Source of the DNA: Savitreella phatthalungensis
Taxonomy: Eukaryota
Reading direction: 5' to 3'
NCBI GenBank assembly: GCA_051599415.1
Contig: AP039693.1
Span: forward strand, 372,001-436,000
DNA: 64,000 nt
Translations under genes and position numbers: made by a program
The notes under the pieces: generated by a model
Databases searched by the model: none
The model's input: only the letters and a program-made list of their open reading frames with translations
What the model was told of the DNA's origin: nothing
Shown here: positions 1 through 10,949 of the stretch, piece after piece
Layout of the letters: the number at the start of each line of letters is the position of its first letter
Numbering within the stretch: position 1 is the stretch's first letter

Positions 1-198
1 CTCAGGCGAGCGCCGCCGAAGCGCAAGAACATCTCCAAGCAGCCTTACGCAGAGAAGAAAGCACAAGACCACAGGAAAGACATTATCCGCAATTCTGTCA
101 TTCGCAAACGCAGACTTCAGGCTGCTAGCAGTGACAATCCTGAGCGCAAGTCAGATATACCGGCCTTCGACAGAGATGAGTTCAAAGGATTTGACTAG
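1..198 (+). CDS. 3' end of an unidentified basic protein (partial; runs off the window start)
   Basis: Frame 1 is open from base 1 to TAG at 196-198 (LRRAPPKRKNISKQPYAEKKAQDHRKDIIRNSVIRKRRLQ...DEFKGFD*). It converges on COQ4. Confidence 0.6.
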   Translation, partial: LRRAPPKRKNISKQPYAEKKAQDHRKDIIRNSVIRKRRLQAASSDNPERKSDIPAFDRDEFKGFD

Positions 199-238
199 CG
201 CAGCGCATTCCATCGAATTTGCAAAGTCTCCGCGAAGG

Positions 239-1315
239 TCAGGAGTGCGCATCCCACCACTCTTGTTTGCGTCGCAGGTCAGGTGGATTGCTGAATCCTA
301 GCCTCCTGCGCAGCTCCTCCGCATCAGTGTGAAGCTCTTCTTCCCAGTAGACGTTTATCAGGGGCTTGGCGCACGCCCCTTCGCGTAGCGCCCATGGTAT
401 GTACACCTTCCTCAATCGCGCCAATGCTTGCCGCTTTCTTTCAGCTTGCCGTGCCGTCCTGCGGGATTCTCCATCGTTGACAACGTCTTCTTGATTACCT
501 GATCCAGCAAAGCCGAGTAAGCCTTCCACCGGCGCCACTGCCTTGATTGCAGTCTTGAACAATGGTGCAACAGTAGCGGCATATCGTAGTGGCAACATAC
601 CGCCTGCTCCAGAGAGAAGTGCTACAGGAAGTCCCATATTTGCCCATTCGAACCACTTGAGTGCGATTTCCCCTTCGACAATGATAGGCAATCCGGTGAC
701 TGCGTGGTAGAAATCGTGGCATTCGCGATATCTTTGCATCACATAAGCCAGCTCATCAGCATCGCCTCTTCGGCCAACATCTGCGTCCACTCCTGCGTCC
801 TTTGCGGCATCACGCTCACGCGCACCAAGTTTCCTCATCCCAGCTGTGTCGCGTTTGCCGTGCCTCAGTGGCGGCCGGGAGAAGGTGCTGTCGATATATC
901 GCGTTTGCAGACGCGTGTCTGGGGTCACACCCTCTGCGTCCAGCCAGCGTGCATAGACTCGGCCGACGGTGTTGTCTGAGAGTTGTCTTAGTGAGTCGAG
1001 AGAGAGGGTTGTCGATGTGATCCTCGGCCGGTCCCTTAGAATTCGTCGGCCGATGGGGTCGCGCAACATCGCATCTCGTAGTCTCGGCAGGAAGAATGGC
1101 TGCGATGTGAGTTCCGTCGTCACCCCAACCAGGTCACCGCGTCGCGGATTCACCAGCGATATCAAACCTGACCCGGCCAGTGTCAGCAAACGTTCAGGCA
1201 GGGTCAACGGGATGTGCTCTGGATAAGCGCCCTCATGGCGTCGAGGCATCCGCATAGTAGTGGAAGAGCCTGTTTGAGTGGAGACACTACGAGCGAAGAC
1301 GATAGATCGAAGCAT
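239..1315 (-). CDS. COQ4: Ubiquinone biosynthesis protein Coq4, mitochondrial
   Basis: Motifs YPEHIPL, GRRILRDRPRI, TPDTR, AYVMQRYRECHDFYHA (HDxxH) and GEIALKWFE. The N-terminus is presequence-like. Confidence 0.95.
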   Translation of the reverse strand: MLRSIVFARSVSTQTGSSTTMRMPRRHEGAYPEHIPLTLPERLLTLAGSGLISLVNPRRGDLVGVTTELTSQPFFLPRLRDAMLRDPIGRRILRDRPRITSTTLSLDSLRQLSDNTVGRVYARWLDAEGVTPDTRLQTRYIDSTFSRPPLRHGKRDTAGMRKLGARERDAAKDAGVDADVGRRGDADELAYVMQRYRECHDFYHAVTGLPIIVEGEIALKWFEWANMGLPVALLSGAGGMLPLRYAATVAPLFKTAIKAVAPVEGLLGFAGSGNQEDVVNDGESRRTARQAERKRQALARLRKVYIPWALREGACAKPLINVYWEEELHTDAEELRRRLGFSNPPDLRRKQEWWDAHS

Positions 1316-1733
1316 CGGGAAGACGTGACAAATGTTCCCTGATCACGTCATAAAGGTATTATCTTCAGAATTATTCTGGTCAGTGTCCCTAGACACAATT
1401 GAACTATTGATGGCCGTGATGGGACTGATCTGCGATGCAGGATGCAGGAGAGCGAACAATTGAATAAACAGACTTGCCACTCTGCCGCTGGCCGGACCAG
1501 ACACAATATCACTCGCACACAAATGCCATTTCGGACACAGCACATACGACAAGAGACAGCTGCTTTGAGAGTCTAAGAGATTCGCACAGGCGCCTTTGAG
1601 CAGGACGAGGCCATCGCTTGAAGAGTTGGAGTCGAGGAAAAGAGGAGGAGGAAAGTGCAAAGGGAATGGGAAGGACACCACTCGCCTGAGCTGCAAGTTG
1701 CTGAGACGCGTCCAGTGTCTCTCATCGCTCGAC

Positions 1734-3497
1734 TCACGCAGCGACCGTCCCCGTTTGCTGTCGTTTCAACGAGTCAGAAGACTCTTGGGTGTCATGCTGC
1801 TTACGTTTTTTGCTTTTCTTGTCGCCGCTGGAATGCTTCACGGGACGAGCCTCTCCGACGTCAAAGCACTCGTCCGAAAGATCTGTGTTGCGCGTGTGCT
1901 TGATTCGGACGCTCATTTTGGAGGCGTCGTAGGATGGCCATTCGTTACACTTGTCCGTAAATTCTTGTGCTGCCCACGTGATGTCCAGTCTCTTGGTGTT
2001 GTCGCTGCGATCGACCTCGATGCCGATATAGAAGCTCGTTGTGTAGACGCGAATGGCAGGCGTGAGAACTGAGTCTGTTGCAGGAGCATTTGTTGCCTCT
2101 CCAGGGGGCGCCGGAACGGTACTTGCTAGTCCTTCGGCCACGGATTCGACGCCTTCTTTGACGATTTCTTTGAGGTCAGCGACCTGAGCGACTTTCTTCC
2201 CGGATGCCTCGCCTGCAGCGACTTTAGCGGCCTCTTCTTCGTCCGCGCAATCATGTATGCTGTCGAACGACTTGACATAGGGATGTGCTACTGCGATGGT
2301 GTCCAGCACTTCTAGTCGCATAACCAGTTGCCTGATCTTGCTTTCTACCAGGCCTGACCATTTCAATTGCGTGTCTGCGTCGCGCGAGGCAGCGACAACC
2401 ACAAGATAGTTCTTATAGCGGTGAAAGAAGTCGTGCTTGTCGAACAATGCTGACCAAGGAGCTCGCGACAAGGTGATGCGATCCATGATCTCGATCGCGC
2501 GGGCAAACTCCTTCAAAATAACGGTCTGCGTCGAAGCTGAAATGTTGTGCGTGGCACACATGCTGGGATATGCAGGAGTGATGATCGGCATGCGGTGAGC
2601 GCGATCGCCGTGATACAGCTTAGGGTTCCACACGCGGACCTGAAGGGGCCCGTCTTCGATAGGTTTCAGTAGCACTGGTTGCGGCCACGCCCACTGCTGC
2701 AAGACACGGAAGAATTTTGAGACGATGACAGCGCTCACAGCATTTGGATACAGCTGACAGATGCGAGCAACAAGCATAGCCCACGCAACACCACCTGGAA
2801 AGCCCATGACGTTCGAATAGATCGCCCTCCGCTGTGCCCAGAGCTTGATAGTTCTCAGAGCGTGCTTGAAGACGTTCGCATTCGGCACGACTTTGAGAAT
2901 CTCGTCAGTAACTCGAGTACCATTGAGCGAGCGCACATCTGTCTCGCTGATGTTCCGCAACAGGTTGTTATCCGACAGATCGAGGTTGAGCGGCACCTGT
3001 GGTATGGCAAGCCGCGCGAAGATTAAATCGATCGAGATTCCGGAGAACTCCATCTTGATGATAGGTACAAAAGCATCGGGTACAGCCGCCAGCTCTTTGA
3101 CCTCGGGTCGTTCGCGCAGCATAGGCTCAAACACGGCAAAGAAGTCCTCACGCTGAACATGCCGTGGTGCGACGACGAGCGAATCAATATCCGAGCCTGG
3201 ACCGTAGACACCGAGTCGGAACGAGCCGTATGTGAAAATCTTGCCTCCGGCTTCTCGGGCAACCTGCTCTGGCATATTTTTGGCAATCCCGACGCGGTAG
3301 ACGAACTCTGAAGCCATTTTTTGTAGCTCTTGCAATACCTTAGCGCGCAAATTGGTCTCTTCCTGCGACTCAAACGAGCCTTGTCGCTTGAGCTCTTCAA
3401 TCAATTCTCGATTGAGCTGAACTTCTGGTTCGGTCGCCGCTGCAAGCGAGATAGGTGGCGTCAGACCGAATTGCTGTTGGCCTTGTTGCGATCCCAT
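1734..3497 (-). CDS. PAP1: Canonical poly(A) polymerase
   Basis: FGLTPPIS, GSFRLGVYGPGSDID nucleotidyltransferase motif, RSLNGTRVTDEIL and MPIITPAYP. The first in-frame ATG is at 3497; the ORF-track start at 3599 is TTG. Confidence 0.97.
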   Translation of the reverse strand: MGSQQGQQQFGLTPPISLAAATEPEVQLNRELIEELKRQGSFESQEETNLRAKVLQELQKMASEFVYRVGIAKNMPEQVAREAGGKIFTYGSFRLGVYGPGSDIDSLVVAPRHVQREDFFAVFEPMLRERPEVKELAAVPDAFVPIIKMEFSGISIDLIFARLAIPQVPLNLDLSDNNLLRNISETDVRSLNGTRVTDEILKVVPNANVFKHALRTIKLWAQRRAIYSNVMGFPGGVAWAMLVARICQLYPNAVSAVIVSKFFRVLQQWAWPQPVLLKPIEDGPLQVRVWNPKLYHGDRAHRMPIITPAYPSMCATHNISASTQTVILKEFARAIEIMDRITLSRAPWSALFDKHDFFHRYKNYLVVVAASRDADTQLKWSGLVESKIRQLVMRLEVLDTIAVAHPYVKSFDSIHDCADEEEAAKVAAGEASGKKVAQVADLKEIVKEGVESVAEGLASTVPAPPGEATNAPATDSVLTPAIRVYTTSFYIGIEVDRSDNTKRLDITWAAQEFTDKCNEWPSYDASKMSVRIKHTRNTDLSDECFDVGEARPVKHSSGDKKSKKRKQHDTQESSDSLKRQQTGTVAA

Positions 3498-4920
3498 GAT
3501 GTGTAGATTTGAGTCTAGTCTCTTTGCGAGAGTTCCAACGTCCGAAGATAGATCGGTGGTATAGTGAGGCTGAGCTGGGATGTTGGGGAGGTTGACCAAG
3601 GGAGAAAGTTGCCAACGCTGTGATGGCGCCGTGGCGAAGGATACAAGCAGTACAGATGTCGATCAAAATCCGGGATGACAGAATGGGGTCAAACGACGTC
3701 GATAGTCGAGCGATGTTCGGGATGAATGGTCTTCGGATCCTTTGGCGGCGCGAAATGCAGCTGGAGGCGAGTACGTGACTGTTCAGGAGGGCAAAGCGGT
3801 GGATTCTCGGCAGTCCCACCAAATGTCCCAGTCAATGGGGAATCTGCACGACTGAACGATCGCGTCAGTAATTGAGGAAGTGTTGTGATGATGAATCTCA
3901 GATATCACTCTACAGCCCACCGATCTCTCTGTGAGGTCCTCGCGTGAACCGGACTGTTGACTCGATCACGGCGTAAATGGTGATTTACTTTCATCAACTG
4001 GCCTTTCGACATGCCTCTTTGGTGTTCAACACGTATGTACGTGAATGCACAAGTAATGTGATTGCTAGCTGCTCATGGGTGACAGACACAATTCATTAAA
4101 TTGGGTGAAGCAACATACAGTGAAAGTTATAAATTGAAAGATGCACAATTGAAATCAATTATTTCCATCACTCGATCTTACTTTGACTGACAATCGTCAC
4201 TCATCTGTCAGTATCTCAGACGATATTCAAACCTGCATACACAGTGATAGCCGTCTCTGTCTGTGATGAAGGCCTGATGTGCCAATAACAAATTCGGTGA
4301 AATTTTCCACTTTAGCATCTGCATGCAGTTCGGTCGAATTAAAATTGATCAACCTCCACGAGGAAATTACGCAGCGGATGTGTGAGCCTGTCACGGAGGA
4401 GGTCGAGGCACGTGCTGCTTGCTTGGCCAATTGCACATGGCACAGGCAGTGTAAGTCTAAATCCAATTCAGCCCGGGGGTAGCGCAGTCATTTCTCCATC
4501 TTCCAGACAGCCGAACTTTAAGCTAAGCTGAACACAGACTGGGCTAAAAAATGAGAGTGTCTTTTGACTCGAACGAAGATGATCAGAGCCTCTTCCGTCT
4601 CTCCCTGGAGTGGCCAATTACCTTAAGCAAATAGGGCCAGCACAAGGCCGTGAAAAGTGTCCGATTGGCTCAGTAACCGCACCTTCCACTTCCCCTTCAA
4701 CAGGAACTGCATGAAGAGCCGATCAAAGCTCAATACAAAGCACGTCCCCCTCGATCATGGGCAACCATCGATTGTCACTCCGCCGTCGATCCCTGATGCC
4801 AGCCATAACCCCTCAGGTAAAGTTTACATCGCAAGGACATAAGAGATCAAAGACAGCCCTATAAGTACTAGACGAGATCCACAGTACTTCGTGGTTATTA
4901 TTCCTGTGCGCTGTGCCCTT

Positions 4921-5445
4921 ATGCTGCTTACACGTTTGGCCCTGCTCGCTGCTACGGCAGCTGCGCAGAGCACGGTATACCTTATTCGTCACGGTGAAAA
5001 GCCTGCAGACGGTGGCAACGGTCTGTCCGCTCAGGGACAGAATCGTGCACAGTGTCTCGTCAACGTCTTCAGTGCCAACTCCGGCTACAACATTGGCTAT
5101 ATCGTTGCACAACAGCCGAAGTCGTCAGGCAAGCGTGCTCGACCGTATCAGACCGTCAAGCCACTTGCAGATAAGCTTGGTTTGACTGTGGACACATCCT
5201 GCGATCGTGACGACTCACAATGCGTCGCGAACCTGGTCGACAATTGGAACAACAGTGGTGCCCAGGGCAACATCCTCATCTGCTGGGAGCATGATGCCTT
5301 GACAAATATCGTCGGTGCTCTCGGCGATGCAAATCCCCCAACATATCCGGATTCTGCTTTCAACATCATCTGGAGGGATCCGTACAGCTACTCCGATATC
5401 ACGGCCATGACTAATGAATGCTGTCCAGGTCTCGACAACTGCTAG
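4921..5445 (+). CDS. Secreted histidine-phosphatase / phosphoglycerate-mutase family protein
   Basis: Signal peptide MLLTRLALLAATAAAQ, the RHGEKP motif, RPYQTVKPLA and ILICWEH, with several Cys. ATG at 4921. Confidence 0.85.
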   Translation: MLLTRLALLAATAAAQSTVYLIRHGEKPADGGNGLSAQGQNRAQCLVNVFSANSGYNIGYIVAQQPKSSGKRARPYQTVKPLADKLGLTVDTSCDRDDSQCVANLVDNWNNSGAQGNILICWEHDALTNIVGALGDANPPTYPDSAFNIIWRDPYSYSDITAMTNECCPGLDNC

Positions 5446-5819
5446 GAGTCAATAAATCCCTCTGTCGTCATGAAGACGGCAGAAGAGCGAATGTGGATAC
5501 GGGTTTCTTTAATTTGCACGGCATTTAAGCTCTTCATATGTGATCGAGTCATTAGAACGCGATCCTGCCTAGATAGAAATATGTGAGTGTTCAGCTACGA
5601 ACCTCTTGAGTGGAATTCTAACCTCGTCATGCATTTACCGTACAGTGTAAATATACATTTTGGATGCACGGCGCGCTAGGGTGAGTACGGCCACAGCAAA
5701 TCATCCGGGGAGCTATAAATAGCACAAGCAAGCACAAGCACGTTACCGGACGTGCTCAATCATATACTCACCTGATCGGCGGCATCCTTGGACTTGCATC
5801 TGAGCCGAACACTATCCAT

Positions 5820-6026
5820 ATGATGTCGCAATCACGCAGGACAACTGCTACAATCGCCATTGACGCAGAACAAGACAATTGGGAGAGGGCGCTGAGTCAG
5901 AGCGGCTGCGAGAAGGAAAATCTCGCACTTGCAGAGTGTAAGCATCATCACAAGGATTGGCGTTCGTGTAAAGATGCTATGATGAATCTCGCAGCGTGCA
6001 TGCGCAAGCATCAACGCTCAGACTGA
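5820..6026 (+). CDS. COA4: Twin CX9C cytochrome c oxidase assembly factor Coa4
   Basis: W...SGCEKENLALAEC...KDWRSCKDAMMNLAAC: two CX9C motifs with the Coa4-type KDWRxC signature. Confidence 0.8.
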   Translation: MMSQSRRTTATIAIDAEQDNWERALSQSGCEKENLALAECKHHHKDWRSCKDAMMNLAACMRKHQRSD

Positions 6027-6038
6027 ACAGCCCATTAC

Positions 6039-8225
6039 CTACGGAATCTCGATTTCATCATCGTCACCAGCGCCGGTAGTTTGGCTTGGTGCACTCCCGG
6101 TCTCACGCGACCCTTCGCCCATATTGCCTGTCCCGTCAAGCAAAAGCTCATGGCTGAACGGTATATCTAGCTGCACAATGCCTGCTGGCGTTTGAAAACT
6201 GGCTGTCATGGCTCCTCGTAATTTCGCAGGACGTGACAGATCTGTCTCATGAAGCTGCGGATCACCTTTACCATCGAGCAAATTGAGCGGCATGCGGACC
6301 GCGAAAGGTCCAAACTCCTGCCTGTCGGTCGGCAGAAGCTGCTGCGGCACGGAGGTTGTGTTCAGTGTGACTCCAAGGCCCGAATTCTCCAGGCCGGCTA
6401 TTATAAAACCTGAAGCAAGTCGCAATCGTGCAAACTTTATCGACAAACCAATCAGTTCTTGATGCACTGGCATGCCGAGAAAAGCGCTGAGTCTCAGCTG
6501 CGCTAGGACTTCAATGGTTCGCCCTAGTCCCGTGTCTGACTGCAAGCGCAGCTCCTCAAAGCGCACACTTGTTGAAGGCTTCTCCACACCTACAAGGGCA
6601 ATGTCAAGTGGTAAGCCCTTCGCTAGAGCCGCGAGATAATCCACTGTCGAGTTCTCGATGCTGCTATGCACAGGATCGAAGGTTGCGCGTGGCGATCGAC
6701 CCGCGACAATGGCAGTGAGGAAATGATTGACAGCCTGGACGCCTGCGGACGGCGGCAGCAGCTCTCCAACCACATCCCAGGTGTTGTCGCCCACAACGAA
6801 TGGGCTGTATTCGACCACAACGCGGGCCACAAGATCGTCATCAACATAAGCGTCAAGACCCAATCTCCCAAGATTGCGTACACCAAGTGAGCCAGTATTT
6901 GTCAGGCTGGTAGCAAAGCGAAATCCGACCGTATTAGCTCGGCGTGCCAACATCATGAAAGTCGTGTTTGCGACGGGCGCATATGACAATTTAGAGCCCA
7001 GGCCGCCAGGGAGTTGAGTCGTGAGAGGGCGGAGCTCGACTGTAGTGGCAGGCATACCGGCCATTCCAGCCATTCTCGTCTTGCCTCTCAGATTCAGTAC
7101 AGGCGGAAAATCTAGCGAAGTCAGCGCAGTCGCCCAAGCTACCAGAGACGCTCGACTCTGCACGACCACAGTCTGAGCGATAGAAACGACTGAACTGTCA
7201 GTATCGCTTCCTATCTGGGTGCGCCCGAGCTGCAGTCTACCGAACGACGACGCTGTTCGAGGCGACTCTGGAAACATGTCCAGGGTTGTCGCTTCCAGAA
7301 TTATGTCGCGCCTTGCTGTTGTGCCTTCAAAGCGACCAACCGCTTGGATATGGAAGCTTGCCTCTGTCAAATCGCTTAGTACCATCTGTCCCCAGTTGAT
7401 GCGCAGACCATCCGTTTGCGCCTGGGCGACGAGGTGGGATAGTCCGTACACGATGGGCATGATCATGCCAGCCACACAGGCAAGCAGAACAATGCCGATC
7501 AAGCCCAAGAACTGACGTGGATTCTTTCCACGCCACTTTGAGACGGACGATTGACGACGACCGTCACTTCCTGCAGGGGCCTTTGTCACTGATTTCGCTG
7601 TACTCTTCGTCGACTCGTCGGAGAAACTGGACGCTGGTGAGGATTCCTGCGGAACCTGTGGGGAGATGTTCCGATGAGCGGCCGCGCGTTGCTCCGACAG
7701 GAATTTGACCATGTCGGTCGTATCCATCCTGTTGACGGGTAAGTTCAGCCTCCCGGCACGTGCGCCCCCGCGGATCCTAGCGCGCATACCCATCGTCTGC
7801 GGCAGGTCTTCGTCGTCTATATCGTCGTTGCTATCTCCGGTTTCTCCCTCGGCGAGCCCGAAGAATCTGGCGGCCCGCGGTGATGCATACGCAGAATAAG
7901 CAGTCTTTTCTGTGCGTTGAGCTGTCGCAGGATCGTCATAAGGCCCGAAAACGAGCGCCGCCTTGAGATCCTCTCTCTGTCGCGCTCGAATTTCATCGGA
8001 CGTCCGCCTCCAGCAGCGCTCCTTCCAGCCGTTGTTCAATTCGACCACATCTAGACGCACGCCAGGGTGGTACTCTGCTGCGAGAGCGCTCGCGCTCACA
8101 GGTCGCGAATAACCTACGACAGTGGCGCCACCCGTCGGCGCCAACACCGTACTCAAAGTCCCTGGACCCCTCACTTCGGGTCGCTCTGCCTGAATATCGT
8201 CGATGTGTGCCTTTGGGCTCAACAT
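6039..8225 (-). CDS. Single-pass membrane protein with a disordered N-terminus and beta-rich lumenal part (DUF3712/Tag1-like)
   Basis: Long ORF with one hydrophobic helix (FLGLIGIVLLACVAGMIMPIVYGL), followed by beta-rich repeats (LTNTGSLGVRNLGRLGLDAY). First ATG at 8225; 8288 is GTG. Family assignment is tentative. Confidence 0.6.
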   Translation of the reverse strand: MLSPKAHIDDIQAERPEVRGPGTLSTVLAPTGGATVVGYSRPVSASALAAEYHPGVRLDVVELNNGWKERCWRRTSDEIRARQREDLKAALVFGPYDDPATAQRTEKTAYSAYASPRAARFFGLAEGETGDSNDDIDDEDLPQTMGMRARIRGGARAGRLNLPVNRMDTTDMVKFLSEQRAAAHRNISPQVPQESSPASSFSDESTKSTAKSVTKAPAGSDGRRQSSVSKWRGKNPRQFLGLIGIVLLACVAGMIMPIVYGLSHLVAQAQTDGLRINWGQMVLSDLTEASFHIQAVGRFEGTTARRDIILEATTLDMFPESPRTASSFGRLQLGRTQIGSDTDSSVVSIAQTVVVQSRASLVAWATALTSLDFPPVLNLRGKTRMAGMAGMPATTVELRPLTTQLPGGLGSKLSYAPVANTTFMMLARRANTVGFRFATSLTNTGSLGVRNLGRLGLDAYVDDDLVARVVVEYSPFVVGDNTWDVVGELLPPSAGVQAVNHFLTAIVAGRSPRATFDPVHSSIENSTVDYLAALAKGLPLDIALVGVEKPSTSVRFEELRLQSDTGLGRTIEVLAQLRLSAFLGMPVHQELIGLSIKFARLRLASGFIIAGLENSGLGVTLNTTSVPQQLLPTDRQEFGPFAVRMPLNLLDGKGDPQLHETDLSRPAKLRGAMTASFQTPAGIVQLDIPFSHELLLDGTGNMGEGSRETGSAPSQTTGAGDDDEIEIP

Positions 8226-8714
8226 CTGGGGTATTTGACGAGCCGCCGATGGGTTCGACTCGGCCCGCCTCGTCACGTTGCAATGCACTTAGATACAGCG
8301 GTCGTTCGCTTTAGCGATGGTCTGATCCATCGATGAACAAATCTAAATGACGGCGATCGGTACGCTGTCACCACGGCATTCTAGCCCGGACGCGACCAGT
8401 TGCGCAGATCGATCGCATCGAAGATTACTTTCGTCACATGCGTCGTCTCACACAACGGTCCTCCCAATCAGGTCAACCTGCGTAGACTGATGAAGCAGGC
8501 AACGCGCGAGGTCTCAAAATCCGCTTCTCGAAAAAAAAATTGCCACCTGGATCTTCAACCTGGCAGCGTCACAAATGAGAGTTACAAATGGGTATGCGGA
8601 GTTCTTCTGACACTACCTGTGTCATCTAAATGCGGATCATGTTAACGTCAAAATCAATGCTTCCTTTCTCCTTGTATGCTTGCGTCATGACATCTGAAGT
8701 CATGAATGCGGAAA

Positions 8715-10949
8715 TCACAGGTTGGGAGTCTGCTGCTGCTGCTGCTTCCTCGTCGCAGGCTCAAATTTGATGTTAAGCGCAAGGGACAAGAAGACCAATC
8801 GATCGAAGGTTTCGTCGATCTGCTTGCTCGTAGGTTTGCCTGCGCCGTGACCTGCCTTGACGTCAACTCTGCAAAGGAAGGGCCCTGAGACGGCCGATCG
8901 TGTTTCCCTCTCGATAGACGCCCGGTACTGGACCTCTGCCGCGAACTTGAGCGTATGAGCTGGCACAACACGGTCATCGCGGTCAGCAGTCGTCAGGAGC
9001 ACCGGTGGATATCGAAGATCTTTGGGTGACTCCTCACGCCCGATCCGCACGTTGTGCAGAGGCGAGTAGCCATACAGGATCGGGAACATCTTTGGGTCTT
9101 CGGGGCAGCCGTAGTCGCTCTCCCATGCGGCACCGATGGTGAATTTGTTGAATCGCAGCATGTCTAGGACGCCGACAGTGGCCATGACTGCGCCGTAGAG
9201 CTCGGGTGCCTGATTCAAGCAGGTGGCAACTAGGAGACCACCATTGGAACCGCCATAGATGGCAAGCTTCTCTGGTGTTGTGTAGCTGTTTGAAGCTAGA
9301 TACTTTGCGGCGTATTGGAAGTCATCGAAAGCGGTCTGTCGACGTTCCTTGATTGCAGCCTCCCACCACGACACGCCGTACTCACCACCACCGCGAATAT
9401 TGGCGACGGCGATGCGCGCGCCAAAGTCGCGCATCAGGACAGCGAATAGGGCGGAATACGAAGGCGAGACAGGAATCTGGAATCCACCGTACCCGTACAG
9501 CAGGCATGGCGTAGGGTCGCCCTTTGTAAGGGCTTTGCGACCTGTGACGAACATAGGAACACGGGTACCGTCTTTGCTCTCGTAGAATACCTGTTCGGTT
9601 TCGTAGTCAGTGGCGTCGAAGCCATCAATCGAGGTCTGTCTGTAGAGCTCAAGCTTGCTGGTGTCAAAATCGTAGTGGTAGACGATGAGCGGAGAGGTGA
9701 AGCCGCCGACGACCACGCAAAGCTCATCACCGTCAGGCGCGCAGCTGACATAATAGACAGCAAGTCCTGTTGGAAGGTCCAGCTGCTCGATTTGTTTGCC
9801 ACTTGACGCGTCGTAAATGAAGACCTGCTGTTGAACGTCCTTTGTGTACGTGAGAACAAGCTTGTCGCTACGAACAGGGACGACACTGTCCAGAACAAGC
9901 TCAGATTCTGGCACCAAGTCGACAAATTCATGCTTGGCATCAGCATCAGCAGCCAGCTCGAGCGTGACGATCTTGGTCCGGGACGCGCCTTTGTCGTCCG
10001 TGGTAAAGATGAAGCGTGTACCGTAGTTATTGATGTAATCGAACGCGGACTCGAAGGTGTCACGGATGATCGTGCGCTGCTTAACTGCATCAGCCAGGTC
10101 GTCGCCATTAGCGGGGAGCTGAAGGATGGCAAGTTTGTTCTTGTGAGCTGTGCCTTCCGAAGTTGTCAGGATGCCGTAGTTTCCGTCCTCACTGACCTCG
10201 AACCCGAACATGTGAGATGGATTTTGTGGATCATTGTAAATGACGACATCGTCTGATTGCGGCGACCCAAGCTTGTGAAAGCATAGCATAGCATCAACAT
10301 CCTGGGCTGTGCCCTTGCCGGAGGTATCCTTGTCCGGATAGCGATGATAGACAAACCCGGAGTTGTCCTTTAGCCACGCGATGCTCGAAAATTTGACATA
10401 TTTGACCTCGTCTTTCAAGCGTTGATCCGTGTCAGCCTTGTGAGTCTCCTTGACATAGACTGTCTGGTGGTCGCTGCCGCCGACGCTGAGGGAGTATGCG
10501 AAAAGAGAGCCATCCTTGGTGAATTGAGTGGTGGATAAGGAGACAGTACCGTCGTCTGATAGAAGGTTGGGATCGAAGAAAAGCTCTGCATTGGCTCGGT
10601 CGAGAGTTCGGGATCTCCAGATCTGCGACTGATTCAGACTTCCGGGATTGTAAGACCAGTAATAGTAAACGTGCTCACCGGTGCCGCGTTTGCGCGGTGC
10701 ACTAAATTTTGGGAAGACGTGTGCTTGTTCGGCGGCTTTGCGAAGCGCTGCCTTGTCTGACTCTGGGAAGGCGGAGATATACTTGCGGAAGACGGCATTT
10801 TGCCCATCGACAAAGTCCTCTGTCTCCTTGTCCTCAGGTTTCTCGAGCCAACGATACGGATCAGCGACCTTGACACCACGGGGGTATGTATCGACAACGG
10901 AATCGTCTCTACGAGCAGGTGGATACTGAACAGCTGCTGCGGTGCTCAT
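8715..10949 (-). CDS. PREP: Prolyl oligopeptidase (peptidase S9A)
   Basis: VADPYRWLE, beta-propeller region, LLYGYGGF, NIRGGGEYG, catalytic GGSNGG (Ser), DDRV (Asp) and AGHG (His). First ATG at 10949. Confidence 0.95.
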   Translation of the reverse strand: MSTAAAVQYPPARRDDSVVDTYPRGVKVADPYRWLEKPEDKETEDFVDGQNAVFRKYISAFPESDKAALRKAAEQAHVFPKFSAPRKRGTGEHVYYYWSYNPGSLNQSQIWRSRTLDRANAELFFDPNLLSDDGTVSLSTTQFTKDGSLFAYSLSVGGSDHQTVYVKETHKADTDQRLKDEVKYVKFSSIAWLKDNSGFVYHRYPDKDTSGKGTAQDVDAMLCFHKLGSPQSDDVVIYNDPQNPSHMFGFEVSEDGNYGILTTSEGTAHKNKLAILQLPANGDDLADAVKQRTIIRDTFESAFDYINNYGTRFIFTTDDKGASRTKIVTLELAADADAKHEFVDLVPESELVLDSVVPVRSDKLVLTYTKDVQQQVFIYDASSGKQIEQLDLPTGLAVYYVSCAPDGDELCVVVGGFTSPLIVYHYDFDTSKLELYRQTSIDGFDATDYETEQVFYESKDGTRVPMFVTGRKALTKGDPTPCLLYGYGGFQIPVSPSYSALFAVLMRDFGARIAVANIRGGGEYGVSWWEAAIKERRQTAFDDFQYAAKYLASNSYTTPEKLAIYGGSNGGLLVATCLNQAPELYGAVMATVGVLDMLRFNKFTIGAAWESDYGCPEDPKMFPILYGYSPLHNVRIGREESPKDLRYPPVLLTTADRDDRVVPAHTLKFAAEVQYRASIERETRSAVSGPFLCRVDVKAGHGAGKPTSKQIDETFDRLVFLSLALNIKFEPATRKQQQQQTPNL

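Noticed and set aside
4470..4545. GGGGGTAGCGCAGTC, resembling a tRNA 5' end / A box
   Set aside because: No T-loop or B box, and no cloverleaf can be formed.
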